64,000 nt of DNA. It comes from a virus (taxonomy: Duplodnaviria; Heunggongvirae; Uroviricota; Caudoviricetes). The stretch is taken from the IMG/VR virus record IMGVR_UViG_3300050190_000017; one strand, 5' to 3'. Under the pieces are notes generated by a model. The model was given only the letters and a program-made list of their open reading frames with translations, ran no database searches and was not told where the DNA came from. Of the stretch, positions 46,575 through 55,600 are shown piece after piece (position 1 is the stretch's first letter; each line of letters begins with the position of its first letter). Position numbers and translations under genes: made by a program.

Positions 46575-47095
46575 CAGCCTCTAGGCTCGTAGAGTCTATG
46601 CCTATTAGGATGCGAGAGAACTACACTCAACTAGAATTTGATCGAGACGTAGAGTTTCTTGAAAAACGATTGAAAACTAAGCCTGCTGTACCACTTGGCA
46701 CAAAAGAAGGTTTGTCCTTATACTACCTGAAGTTGACTTATTCTCGTGACTTTTTCTTAAAAGATAGAGATAGAATAATTGGAATATTGTCTACGACGGC
46801 CAAAGGCAACATGGTTATCAGTGTTTTTATCGAAGAAGAATACAGGGGACGACATTTAGGTCTTGTACTATATCTAGCAGCTATTCATGTTCTAGGTGAA
46901 CTTCAAAGTTCAAGCATTATAGGTATAATGGCAGTTAGAACCTGGAGATCCGTATCTAAGTACTATTCAGTGGAACTACTAGATCATCTTCAGGTACCTG
47001 TGGATTTCTCTTGGGGTACCGATACAATACCTATTGTAAAAGGTAAACCTATAAATAAACTTAGAGGGAATTTTTACTTTAAGGTGAAAGCATGA
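46562..47095 (+). CDS. KLNAAxRLLA-tagged GNAT-family acetyltransferase
   Basis: MQLNAASRLVES, then the GNAT motif-A-like VFIEEEYRGRHLGLVLYLAAIHVL. Confidence 0.55.
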   Translation: MQLNAASRLVESMPIRMRENYTQLEFDRDVEFLEKRLKTKPAVPLGTKEGLSLYYLKLTYSRDFFLKDRDRIIGILSTTAKGNMVISVFIEEEYRGRHLGLVLYLAAIHVLGELQSSSIIGIMAVRTWRSVSKYYSVELLDHLQVPVDFSWGTDTIPIVKGKPINKLRGNFYFKVKA

Positions 47096-48618
47096 ACAAT
47101 ACATTCGTCTATTTTGCACAGCCCACAGAGAATACATTAGTCGCACCAAACCTAACGTCTATGCTTGCTCCAGGTGAAACGATCACCAGCATAGTATTGA
47201 CTGCGGTAACACCGACTACTGCTCCACCGCTCACAGCAGTCTTGCAGTCAGGTGCTAATCCTGTAACGCAGATCCTGTTATCCGGTGGTATTGCTGGTAC
47301 TGCTTACGGCTTCCAGATTCTGGCTACTACTAATGCTCGGGTGCTCACAGCTCAGGTAGCAGTCACAGTTCAGGATGAATTATTTGTACCGTACGCCACA
47401 CAGAATCCGCAGGCGTTCACCGACCTGGTTGATGAAATCCAAGCAGGCATGGCAGCAATTGGTACTGCTATCTTTAGCTTCCCTGCTACTATTGACCCAC
47501 GTGGAGGCTTTGTAACCTGGGAACTCTTAGCCTCAGACGGCACAGTGTACGCAGCAGGTAACGCCTACAACTATTTGGTACAGTCGAACGGTTTGGCTAA
47601 CACAGTCCTAGCTAACGCAGTTATCACAGTGCCCTCTACAGTACCACCTAGCTTAGATAACCAACGGTATCAACTTCGATATACGTTAGAACTCCCGCAG
47701 GTACAGAACCTGCAAAATGATCCACTGCAAGGTCAGGTATCGCAGAATGCTTTCTTCTCCTACGAGAACATCCGTGTAGTAGGGTTGAATACGGTACCTT
47801 TGGGCACGCAGTCTACAGTTGAACTGCAAGGCAGCCCTGCTAACCTATCGATTGTACTAGATCAGCTGTACGATAACGTCACCGTCGAATTGTGGGCTGG
47901 CGGTGTACAGGTAGCAGCCCCGTCCCTTATTGGTAACTCAGAACGTACTGCTAATGGTTGGTACTACGCAGGGGTCATCGACACCCAGCAGTTGATGGTA
48001 TCCCTTGTCCCCTACACTGTGATCTGGAAGTATTGGTATTCGTCACAAGCCTCGCTCGTCTACCAGGAATCAGCAGACCTGTTCGTTATCAATGCATCTA
48101 TGATGACAGCTATTACTGATGTACGGTCGAAGATCAACAAGGCGAACACTACGCTGTATGGTACTCCTGACATGCTGTACCCTAACCAAACGATCATGAC
48201 TTGGTTGCGTCGGGGTGCGGATGCTTTCAACGGTGCGTACGGGGTATTCACCAACTTCAGCTTCACCAATGCCTTAGGGGTCATCCGTGAATACTGGTTG
48301 ATGCACGCTGAGATGTTTGCTCTGGAATCGCAGGTAACGGCAGAAGCAGAGAAGGCATTCCAGTTCCAGGGTGCTGCTATTACCTTGGACATTGATCGTA
48401 CAGCAGGGTTCGATGCTGCTATCTCTAAGATTCAGTCGAGGTTGGACAATGAGCTGAAGGCGTTGAAGCAGAACTTGGTAATGCGTGGGGTGATGGGGGG
48501 CGATGGCTCCACCGATCCGACTATGCTACAGCACGGCGCTATCGGTGCAGTGGGTATTACGATCTCTCCTGTTACCATGTGGGGTAGATACGGCAGAGGC
48601 TACGGTCAGCTATTCTGA
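47092..48618 (+). CDS. hypothetical protein (508 aa), possibly virion-associated
   Basis: ORF track. Its 5' end is duplicated upstream of the inserted GNAT gene. Confidence 0.6.
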   Translation: MNNTFVYFAQPTENTLVAPNLTSMLAPGETITSIVLTAVTPTTAPPLTAVLQSGANPVTQILLSGGIAGTAYGFQILATTNARVLTAQVAVTVQDELFVPYATQNPQAFTDLVDEIQAGMAAIGTAIFSFPATIDPRGGFVTWELLASDGTVYAAGNAYNYLVQSNGLANTVLANAVITVPSTVPPSLDNQRYQLRYTLELPQVQNLQNDPLQGQVSQNAFFSYENIRVVGLNTVPLGTQSTVELQGSPANLSIVLDQLYDNVTVELWAGGVQVAAPSLIGNSERTANGWYYAGVIDTQQLMVSLVPYTVIWKYWYSSQASLVYQESADLFVINASMMTAITDVRSKINKANTTLYGTPDMLYPNQTIMTWLRRGADAFNGAYGVFTNFSFTNALGVIREYWLMHAEMFALESQVTAEAEKAFQFQGAAITLDIDRTAGFDAAISKIQSRLDNELKALKQNLVMRGVMGGDGSTDPTMLQHGAIGAVGITISPVTMWGRYGRGYGQLF

Positions 48619-48622
48619 TTAT

Positions 48623-48630
48623 TGTAAATA
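48623..48630 (+). promoter_or_regulatory. TGTAAATA box
   Basis: Upstream of the holin-like gene. Confidence 0.4.
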
Positions 48631-48673
48631 TAGCATATAGCCCCATTGAGATTCAAAAAGAAAGGAGGCTGTC

Positions 48674-49072
48674 ATGGCCGATCTCGCAACGGCACTACAA
48701 CAACTATTAGCCGCGCTGGTAAACAATACTCTGGCCACCTTACTCCTGGTAATTATAGCAGCAGGTGTAGGCGTGCTGATCTACGCGCAGTACAAGAAAG
48801 ACAACTTCGACCTTCGGGCACTGATAGTTGACCCGGTAACTAAACAACCATCTATCCATCAGCTAGGGCAATTCACCGCTCTGGTAATCTCCTCGTGGGG
48901 ACTAATCGTGTTGGTGCTGCACGATAAACTAACCGAAGCCTACTTCAGCATCTACATGGCAGTATGGGCAGGTGCTAACACACTGGACCGATTCCTAACC
49001 ATTCGGGACGAGAACGGTAAGCATAATGACGGCGGCGGAGATCGAGATGGAGGTGATGATACTCCGCACTAA
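48674..49072 (+). CDS. holin-like small membrane protein (2-3 TM, charged C-terminus)
   Basis: AAGGAGGCTGTCATG SD. TM segments LATLLLVIIAAGVGVLIY and FTALVISSWGLIVLVL, then a charged Gly/Asp tail. Confidence 0.45.
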   Translation: MADLATALQQLLAALVNNTLATLLLVIIAAGVGVLIYAQYKKDNFDLRALIVDPVTKQPSIHQLGQFTALVISSWGLIVLVLHDKLTEAYFSIYMAVWAGANTLDRFLTIRDENGKHNDGGGDRDGGDDTPH

Positions 49073-49171
49073 GTCTACAATTTCATTTCAATGAATAGCA
49101 AGATTGAGTGGTAGTCCAGCTCCGAGAGTCCCTAAGCTGGTTAGCTTCATTGATAGCTGTTCTGAGCGGTA

Positions 49172-49222
49172 CCCTAGCCTTACTGAGAAACAAACACCTA
49201 GCCTCACTGAGTAACAAACATA
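49172..49222 (+). repeat. about 25-bp direct tandem repeat CTAGCCT(T/C)ACTGAG(A/T)AACAAACA x2
   Basis: Read directly; upstream of gene 49303. Confidence 0.6.
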
Positions 49223-49302
49223 GCCGCCCTAAAGAGGTGCTAGTATTCTTGATAGTATTTCTGAAGGGTGAAAAAAGTAATCGAGATAGTGAGACCCATA
49301 GA

Positions 49303-49683
49303 ATGTTTGATTTGCGCGCCGCATACCGGCTTAGGGATTCAGAACTTCGTTCAAGCACGAATGTACAAACCCCGGCAGTTGCCAATGTACCATTAGAGGC
49401 AGCCTTCGACCAAACACGCGACCCTGATTTACAGAAGATTGAGCAGCAACTTCGTAAGGTAAACGTGTTCTTCACGCTGTCCAAGAACCACTTGTATCAT
49501 AAGAGCAATCGAGGAGACGTGGTTGAGGAGGCCGAGCTCTGTTCAGAGATCCTTAACGATCTTGGGTATCAGTTGCACATTCAACCCGGCATCTTTGAAC
49601 GTTCAAGCTTTGCGCTCAAGGGTACGAAGGGTTTGGTCCTCCAGAAGCTCAACAACGATCTTCGTATTTTCTTTTCAGTTTAA
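49303..49683 (+). CDS. hypothetical protein with divergent tag-like N-terminus MFDLRAAYRLRDS (126 aa)
   Basis: In-frame ATG of track ORF 49108-49683. The minus-strand ORF 49083-49484 is judged a shadow. Confidence 0.45.
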   Translation: MFDLRAAYRLRDSELRSSTNVQTPAVANVPLEAAFDQTRDPDLQKIEQQLRKVNVFFTLSKNHLYHKSNRGDVVEEAELCSEILNDLGYQLHIQPGIFERSSFALKGTKGLVLQKLNNDLRIFFSV

Positions 49684-49725
49684 ACCTTGGGTGGGTCTAG
49701 GCTCACCCGTTTAGGAGCTATACGC

Positions 49726-50223
49726 ATGGCCCAAGTACCTGTCTCATACACTAATGCCAAAACCGCTATGGCTAAGGTTGGTCTTCCTGTTTCTGCAGGT
49801 GATAACTGGACCAACGTAGACGTAGCCTCCTGGTCAACTTTCCTTATTAGCGACTCGTTCGCTACTGGCGGCTACACTGCCAATAAGTACAAGGCCGGCT
49901 ACGGGTTTGCCTTCCCTGGCGAGATGCCTCAACAGATTACTAATGCAGTGGGTGCCGAGAACTACATGGCTACCCTGGCTGCAACCCCTCTAACTGGTAC
50001 AGGCCCTACGCTGGTGACGTTTACTCTCACCGAGACGAACGATAACGGTCAGTCGTTCGTTTGGAACTTCGGTGATGGTTCTGCACTAGTTACTACGATG
50101 ACCCCGACTACTACGTACACCTACGAGACGGCCGGTACTTACACGGCTACTGTTGTTCCTATGGTGCACGGACTGATCGAGCATGAAGTCACTGTCACTG
50201 CACCTGTCGTTATCACTGCTTAA
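49726..50223 (+). CDS. hypothetical protein (paralog of 57281)
   Basis: TTAGGAGCTATACGCATG; AMAKVGLPVSAGDNWT is shared with 57281. Confidence 0.55.
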   Translation: MAQVPVSYTNAKTAMAKVGLPVSAGDNWTNVDVASWSTFLISDSFATGGYTANKYKAGYGFAFPGEMPQQITNAVGAENYMATLAATPLTGTGPTLVTFTLTETNDNGQSFVWNFGDGSALVTTMTPTTTYTYETAGTYTATVVPMVHGLIEHEVTVTAPVVITA

Positions 50224-50236
50224 TTAGGAGTTTGAA

Positions 50237-50554
50237 ATGTGGGCACGTCGGACAAGACCAGCTAAGAGAAACGCGTTCGGCGTGGCTACTATTAGGCGAG
50301 ACTCGTACAATACCCAGAGCGGTATGTCGGTAAAAGCGGGCTGGTGGGAAATTAGTGCTGCAGTCCGTAAGCGATCTGGAGGAAAGTGCGAGGCGCGTAT
50401 TAATGGTGTGCGGTGTAACGCTCCCGCTAAGGACTGCCACCACATAGTACCGCTCTCAAAGGGTGGTGCGAACCTAATAAGTAACCTCCTACACATTTGT
50501 GAGGACTGCCATAATCGACGCCATACTCACCTAATGCGAGCCCGAGGTAAATAA
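50237..50554 (+). CDS. HNH endonuclease
   Basis: CEARINGVRCNAPAKDCHHIVPLSKGGANLISNLLHICEDCHNRRH. Confidence 0.7.
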   Translation: MWARRTRPAKRNAFGVATIRRDSYNTQSGMSVKAGWWEISAAVRKRSGGKCEARINGVRCNAPAKDCHHIVPLSKGGANLISNLLHICEDCHNRRHTHLMRARGK

Positions 50555-50808
50555 TGCAGATACAACTTAATGCGGCCTCTCGACTACTAGCTGCTACAAA
50601 GGTACAGCCTGGAATGAAAGTAGCAGAAGCCCGAAACCCCGACGAGTATATTGGAACTGTACTCGATATTAAAGTAGCGCGTAAAGAAGAAGTCGCTATG
50701 GTAGACGTAGGCGGAGGTGTGCGATCTATGTACCGCTTACCAGAACTTGTAGAGTACAAGGGAAAGAAGACACGGCCTGCTGGTATTACGTTCCCTGGCC
50801 TAACGTAA
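50554..50808 (+). CDS. KLNAAxRLLA-tagged small protein (84 aa)
   Basis: MQIQLNAASRLLAATK. Confidence 0.55.
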   Translation: MQIQLNAASRLLAATKVQPGMKVAEARNPDEYIGTVLDIKVARKEEVAMVDVGGGVRSMYRLPELVEYKGKKTRPAGITFPGLT

Positions 50809-50824
50809 TAAATAAGGATTCACA

Positions 50825-51295
50825 ATGGAAAATGAACAGCAACTCCAAGAGCTTATAGCTCTGTTTCTTAAAGTTAATCCCGATCCATCTGATGATCAAT
50901 TCCATGCACTAGCGGGCGCCTGCGGAGTAGATCATGCTACGCTCGAAGCAATCAGCTACTCCATGCTTGCTGAGTCAGAAGAAGTGCTGGCCGATGCAGA
51001 AGTAGACGTAGAAAGTATCGGTGGCGGGCAAGGTGATGTAGGTCTCAGCGATGCCCAACAAGTACTGGACGGTGACTATGATCCTAACGTTACTCAAACT
51101 GATGACCTGCTGCTTAATGACGGAGCTCCTGCTTCTGATACATCAACTCAACGTCTGCAGGACACGACGTTGAACGACGGAGTGAGTGTCGGTGATACAG
51201 GTTCGGGTATTGCTAGTCAGGAGATGCTGTATAGCGATGGATTAGCTCCTCTGAAGTTGGGTGCATCAGCTCGTTTGCTTGCCACTGCTAAGTAA
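50825..51295 (+). CDS. acidic protein ending in a C-terminal tag-like LKLGASARLLATAK
   Basis: ORF track; tag-like motif at the C-terminus. Confidence 0.55.
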   Translation: MENEQQLQELIALFLKVNPDPSDDQFHALAGACGVDHATLEAISYSMLAESEEVLADAEVDVESIGGGQGDVGLSDAQQVLDGDYDPNVTQTDDLLLNDGAPASDTSTQRLQDTTLNDGVSVGDTGSGIASQEMLYSDGLAPLKLGASARLLATAK

Positions 51296-51297
51296 TC

Positions 51298-52020
51298 ATG
51301 GCTACTACCGATACGCCCTTCCTCAGCAACTTGGGCGTCCCTCCTCTTGTACAGGCGAGGAACCCCACTCCTGAAACATTTCCATCTGCGCTTAACCTGA
51401 ATAACAAGAGTGTATGGGGCACCGCTGTTGCAGAAACTCCACCGACTGCTAGTGTGCCTGAGACGTGGGCATTGTGCTTGAAGCGTTACGTTGAGTTGTG
51501 CGAAATCCAAGACCTCTTTCCCTTCCAGACACTCCACCAGTCTCGTAACGATCAGATCTCGGACTTCTTGAAGGAAGCTCGAATGATGGTTGTGAAGTAC
51601 ATCAATCGATCTGGTCTGTTCGATGAAGTGAAGTTGACCAAGAGCCACCGCTCAGTGCATGTAACGCACGATGGATTCAATATCGTAGTGTACGCCAAGG
51701 CTACGATCACTGATCCCTCGTTCGAGCAGTGGTTGCAGAAAATGCCGTATCCCCACTTCAACAGCGTTCGTCGCCCAGACGGTAAGTGGGTTAAGCCCCT
51801 CGGCAACGGCGTCACTATGTTTGTTATCAACGGTGAGCACGGCGGCTACTCACCTACACGCTGGCACATCGGATATGAGATCGAATGCTCAATGTTCCCT
51901 GATGTTCCGACGTCCGGTACACCCTCACAAGCAGAGTTGGAGAAGTTTGTTTTGGACGTACTTTGGATGCCAGTACTTCGCACCCACCGCCCTTTGAAAG
52001 TATTACATCGTTTGATTTAA
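51298..52020 (+). CDS. hypothetical protein (240 aa)
   Basis: ORF track. Confidence 0.55.
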   Translation: MATTDTPFLSNLGVPPLVQARNPTPETFPSALNLNNKSVWGTAVAETPPTASVPETWALCLKRYVELCEIQDLFPFQTLHQSRNDQISDFLKEARMMVVKYINRSGLFDEVKLTKSHRSVHVTHDGFNIVVYAKATITDPSFEQWLQKMPYPHFNSVRRPDGKWVKPLGNGVTMFVINGEHGGYSPTRWHIGYEIECSMFPDVPTSGTPSQAELEKFVLDVLWMPVLRTHRPLKVLHRLI

Positions 52021-52069
52021 CACTCAGTAGCAACCTAGGCTCATCGAGCTTCAACTTAGGAGAATCACT

Positions 52070-52471
52070 ATGTTTAGTTTCCTCCCCTCCATTACTTCCG
52101 CTCTGTCGGCAATCCCAGTATTCGTTGTTGGTGCGGTTGCCGGTATACTTATCTACCGCTTTGTCTTGGTTAAGAACCCCAGCCTACTCAACACGTTGGT
52201 CACTAAGGCAAAGACGGACATCTCGTCCGTCGAAGCTTTGATTGTTCGGAAAAAGGCAATCCTGCCTGTTGCCGTGGTTCCGGTTGTTGTAGCTGTGAAA
52301 GTTGCTCCTGTAGCAGTTGAACCTGTAGCTGTTGCTCAACCGGTAGCCGCACCCGTAGCTGTTGCTCCAGTTGTAGTTGCTCCAGTAGCACCTGTCGTTG
52401 CCCCTGTAGCTGTTGCTCCGGCCGTTGTTGCACCGGTAGCTACTCAACCTGTGGCAGCTCCTGCTGCCTGA
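52070..52471 (+). CDS. membrane-anchored protein with (P)VAVAPV repeat tail
   Basis: N-terminal TM helix, then VAP-rich tandem repeats. AGGAGAATCACTATG. Confidence 0.55.
   Translation: MFSFLPSITSALSAIPVFVVGAVAGILIYRFVLVKNPSLLNTLVTKAKTDISSVEALIVRKKAILPVAVVPVVVAVKVAPVAVEPVAVAQPVAAPVAVAPVVVAPVAPVVAPVAVAPAVVAPVATQPVAAPAA
52264..52470 (+). repeat. imperfect tandem 9/12-nt repeats encoding (P)VAVAPV units
   Basis: Read directly. Confidence 0.6.
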
Positions 52472-52480
52472 TTCTACTCC

Positions 52481-52488
52481 TGTAAATA
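52481..52488 (+). promoter_or_regulatory. TGTAAATA box
   Basis: After the stop of 52070, before a terminator. Confidence 0.4.
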
Positions 52489-52520
52489 GGGGGTATGCAT
52501 CTCGTACCTGATAGCACCCA

Positions 52521-52560
52521 GCCCTTTCCGACCTAAGAAGTTGGAAAGGGCTTTTGTCGT
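52521..52560 (+). terminator. rho-independent terminator
   Basis: GCCCTTTCC/GGAAAGGGC stem, then TTTTGTCGTTTC. Confidence 0.7.
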
Positions 52561-52635
52561 TTCTTCACAGTACCAGATACCCAATTTCATGGTTGAACAG
52601 CTACATTTTATTCATCCATTCACGGAGTAGTTATA

Positions 52636-55600
52636 ATGGCCGAGTTGAGACCAACTACCAACCTAGTTGTCCCTGAGAGTTTGCAGCTGGATAAGCAGGC
52701 GCTACAGAGCAACTTCTTCTACATCTACCGCGCACTATACAGTGGCCCGGAAATCCTGTTCATGACCAAGTTGTGGGCATGCTCACTGCTCCCTTCTATT
52801 GGCAATGATAAGCGCCTCGGTAGTGTACGACAGGGTATTCGTAAGGCAACCAAGTTCGTAATGGACACCACGCCTGCTGGGTACCTGACCATCAAGAAGG
52901 TGATGGGTGCTGATCCGTACTTTCGAGTATCCGTTCCACTGTTCGCTTTCAATAAGAATAGCCAAGGACCCCTGAGTCAGTTGCTTGAACAAAATTTATT
53001 GGGCTATGCGTTTGCCAAGGAGATTCCTGAGTCAACTCCTGAGCATCATCAGAACATGACGGAGTTGCAGCAACGCTTGAAGGATGAAGGTGATCCTACT
53101 ATTCCAATGAGCGTAGAGATCCCTGCTTCCCGAGTTATTTCGAGCATTAGTGGTTTAGACGCTAGGGCTAAGGTTGCATTGCAAGCCTGTCTTCTAGGAA
53201 TTCGTGTTAAGGTTAAAGGTGGGTTGGCTGTTATTTACGCAGACTTTAAGATTTCCAAGGAAGAAGCACAGCAGCTGACCTCCACGCACTGGATTGAGTT
53301 GCGTGATATTGACCTTTACCCTATGCTGTTGCAGTGGGTAACGACGGGTTTCGGTTCAGAAGGATTGGCCCCCTTTGTAGCATTCCCTATCTCTAAGATC
53401 GCTGCTACTCTGCCTAAGTCTCATACGCAATATGCACGCATTAACAAAGACGGGATTTCTATTACCCCTAAGGGGCGCCCTGTCTATCTTCCTAAGGAAC
53501 TGAATCAAACTCTTCAGTACGAAGACCGCTATACCCAGGCGGGGACGCGCGCTGATGGCAGTTATGCTCTCGTAGATATTAACGAGGGCGCTTCTGCTAT
53601 GGAGGCTGGCTCAGAAGTTAAACAGAAGTTGCCGCCTAACATTCCAGTATTGATCGACTGGGTTAATAACAAGTACAGCTATACTAACACCTCAGGCTTT
53701 CTTGAGGTAGAAGACCTTACTCGGTATCAAGCAGCCGACGTCTCACACATAAGGGCGCTCCTACAAGAACGTATTGTCACGGACAAGAATATAGCACGTA
53801 TCGCTGCACTTGGTGTTCCTGCTAACGTGCATCCTGCATCCTTTAAGGTCCTTGCCTCAGACGTAGAGGGTTTTGCGAATCTACCACAGGCGGGCGTCGA
53901 AGACAACTTAGATCAGTGGTTCGCCTACTGGGCTAGCCGCTTTGAGAAAGATGAAGGCCATCCTGTTACATTTGCGGACATAAGCTCTGATCGTCTTGGA
54001 TATGGTCCTTTCCGCCCTATTGCTCGTTACTTTAAGACTATCAAGGGTGCGGTACTCTCCAACTTAGACGCAGTGTACGCTCGTTACTCGGTGTCCTACG
54101 TTATGGAGAACTTGGCATGGTTAATACTGGTGGTTGAGTACTCCTCTGATTTTGAGGTACTCAAAGCACAGGATAGAACCAATCGTAGAGCGGCTACAGA
54201 TCAGGGTGTAACCAAGGGCTGGGTACCCCCCTCAATTCCCCTGCTGTCACCTGTGGTAGGTATGCTGCCCCACCAGATCAAGGTTCGTAACCTACTCAAG
54301 GACAGCCCTGACTTTGCTATCCTACCAGTCCAGGCGGGCGGTGGCAAATCGGTCATCATCTTGACCGATGTACTGTATGAGATCAAAGCTAACCGTAGTC
54401 AACCTTATTTGATTTTGTGTCCAGGTCACTTAGTTGCCAACTATGTGAAGGAGATCGTGTTCTTCACTGGGGGTAAGTTGAATGTTATAGCTATCAATAG
54501 TTATGCATTCGTTCAGAATGGGTTACCTAGATTGAAGGCTATGCTGGAGAAGGCTCCCCGTAACACAGTAGTGGTTGCTGACTATGATGTGTTGAAGTGG
54601 AGACAACGTGCTCTGTGTTACGGTACTACGCCGACTACCATCTTCCCGGCTATCGATTTCTTGCGCCAGTTTGGATTTGGGTACGTAGCTCTCGACGAGG
54701 CGCACAAGGTTAAGAACGATACTGCACGTACGCGTGCGACTATGTCATTGATTACTGACATTCCAAAGAAGCGACTAGCTTCTGGTACTATGGCTCATGA
54801 CTCTCCGTCAGATCTGGCAATGCAGATTGCTACTATAGATCCAACGTTATTTGGTACTCGAGATGAGTTCAACTTACGATATGGTGCCGAGGTTCAGGGT
54901 AATCGAGTTATCGCTTGGAAACCAGGTGCGCAACAGGAGATCATGCGGAAGATCAAGAGTCGTATAGTAGTAGCGGGTGCTATGCGTAAAGAGTGGGCTG
55001 CACTTCTTCCGAAGAAGACTGAGTGGATTAAGGGTGTCAACCTAACGGACGCTCAGTACTCTGTCTACAATGATATTCTAGACGGTATTATTGACCGTAT
55101 TAAAGAGGATGCAAAGAAGAACAAAGCACTACAGAAGTTTGTGAATCCAGAGGCCGAAGGAACTGACGGAGAAGAAGGAGAGGATGAGGTAAAGGATGAG
55201 GACGCAGGTGAGGATATGGCGAACCTGCTGAAGCCCTATCTAGCCCGGCTTGAGCAGTTCATGATTGCTCCTGCCTCCGATATACTAGGCGATCGAGTAC
55301 TAAAGGGTGCTGATCGAGTTAGCCCGAAAGCTCAACTCATGGTAGACCGAGTTAAGCTGCATATAGACAAGGGCTACCCAGGTAAAGTTTTGGTGTTCAC
55401 TAACTATGTGGAATCTGCCGAGGAACTTTATCGGTTGGCAGGACCTGAACTACAGAAGATGGGTATTCTGTACAAGGCGGGTAACAAGGATGTGGACGGT
55501 GATCGTTTCGAGAAGGATGACCGTATAAAGTGGATGGTAGGTGTTGAGCAATCCATGAACGAAGGCCTTAACTTCCAGTTCGCGTCTCGACTCCTACGCG

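Noticed and set aside
49083-49484. Minus-strand 133-aa ORF and the 5' part of + ORF 49108-49683
   Set aside because: The antisense ORF is ignored. The + frame upstream of 49303 is made of tandem repeat sequence. My reading of the nucleotides here disagreed by one base with the track frame, so only the ATG at 49303 onward is claimed.
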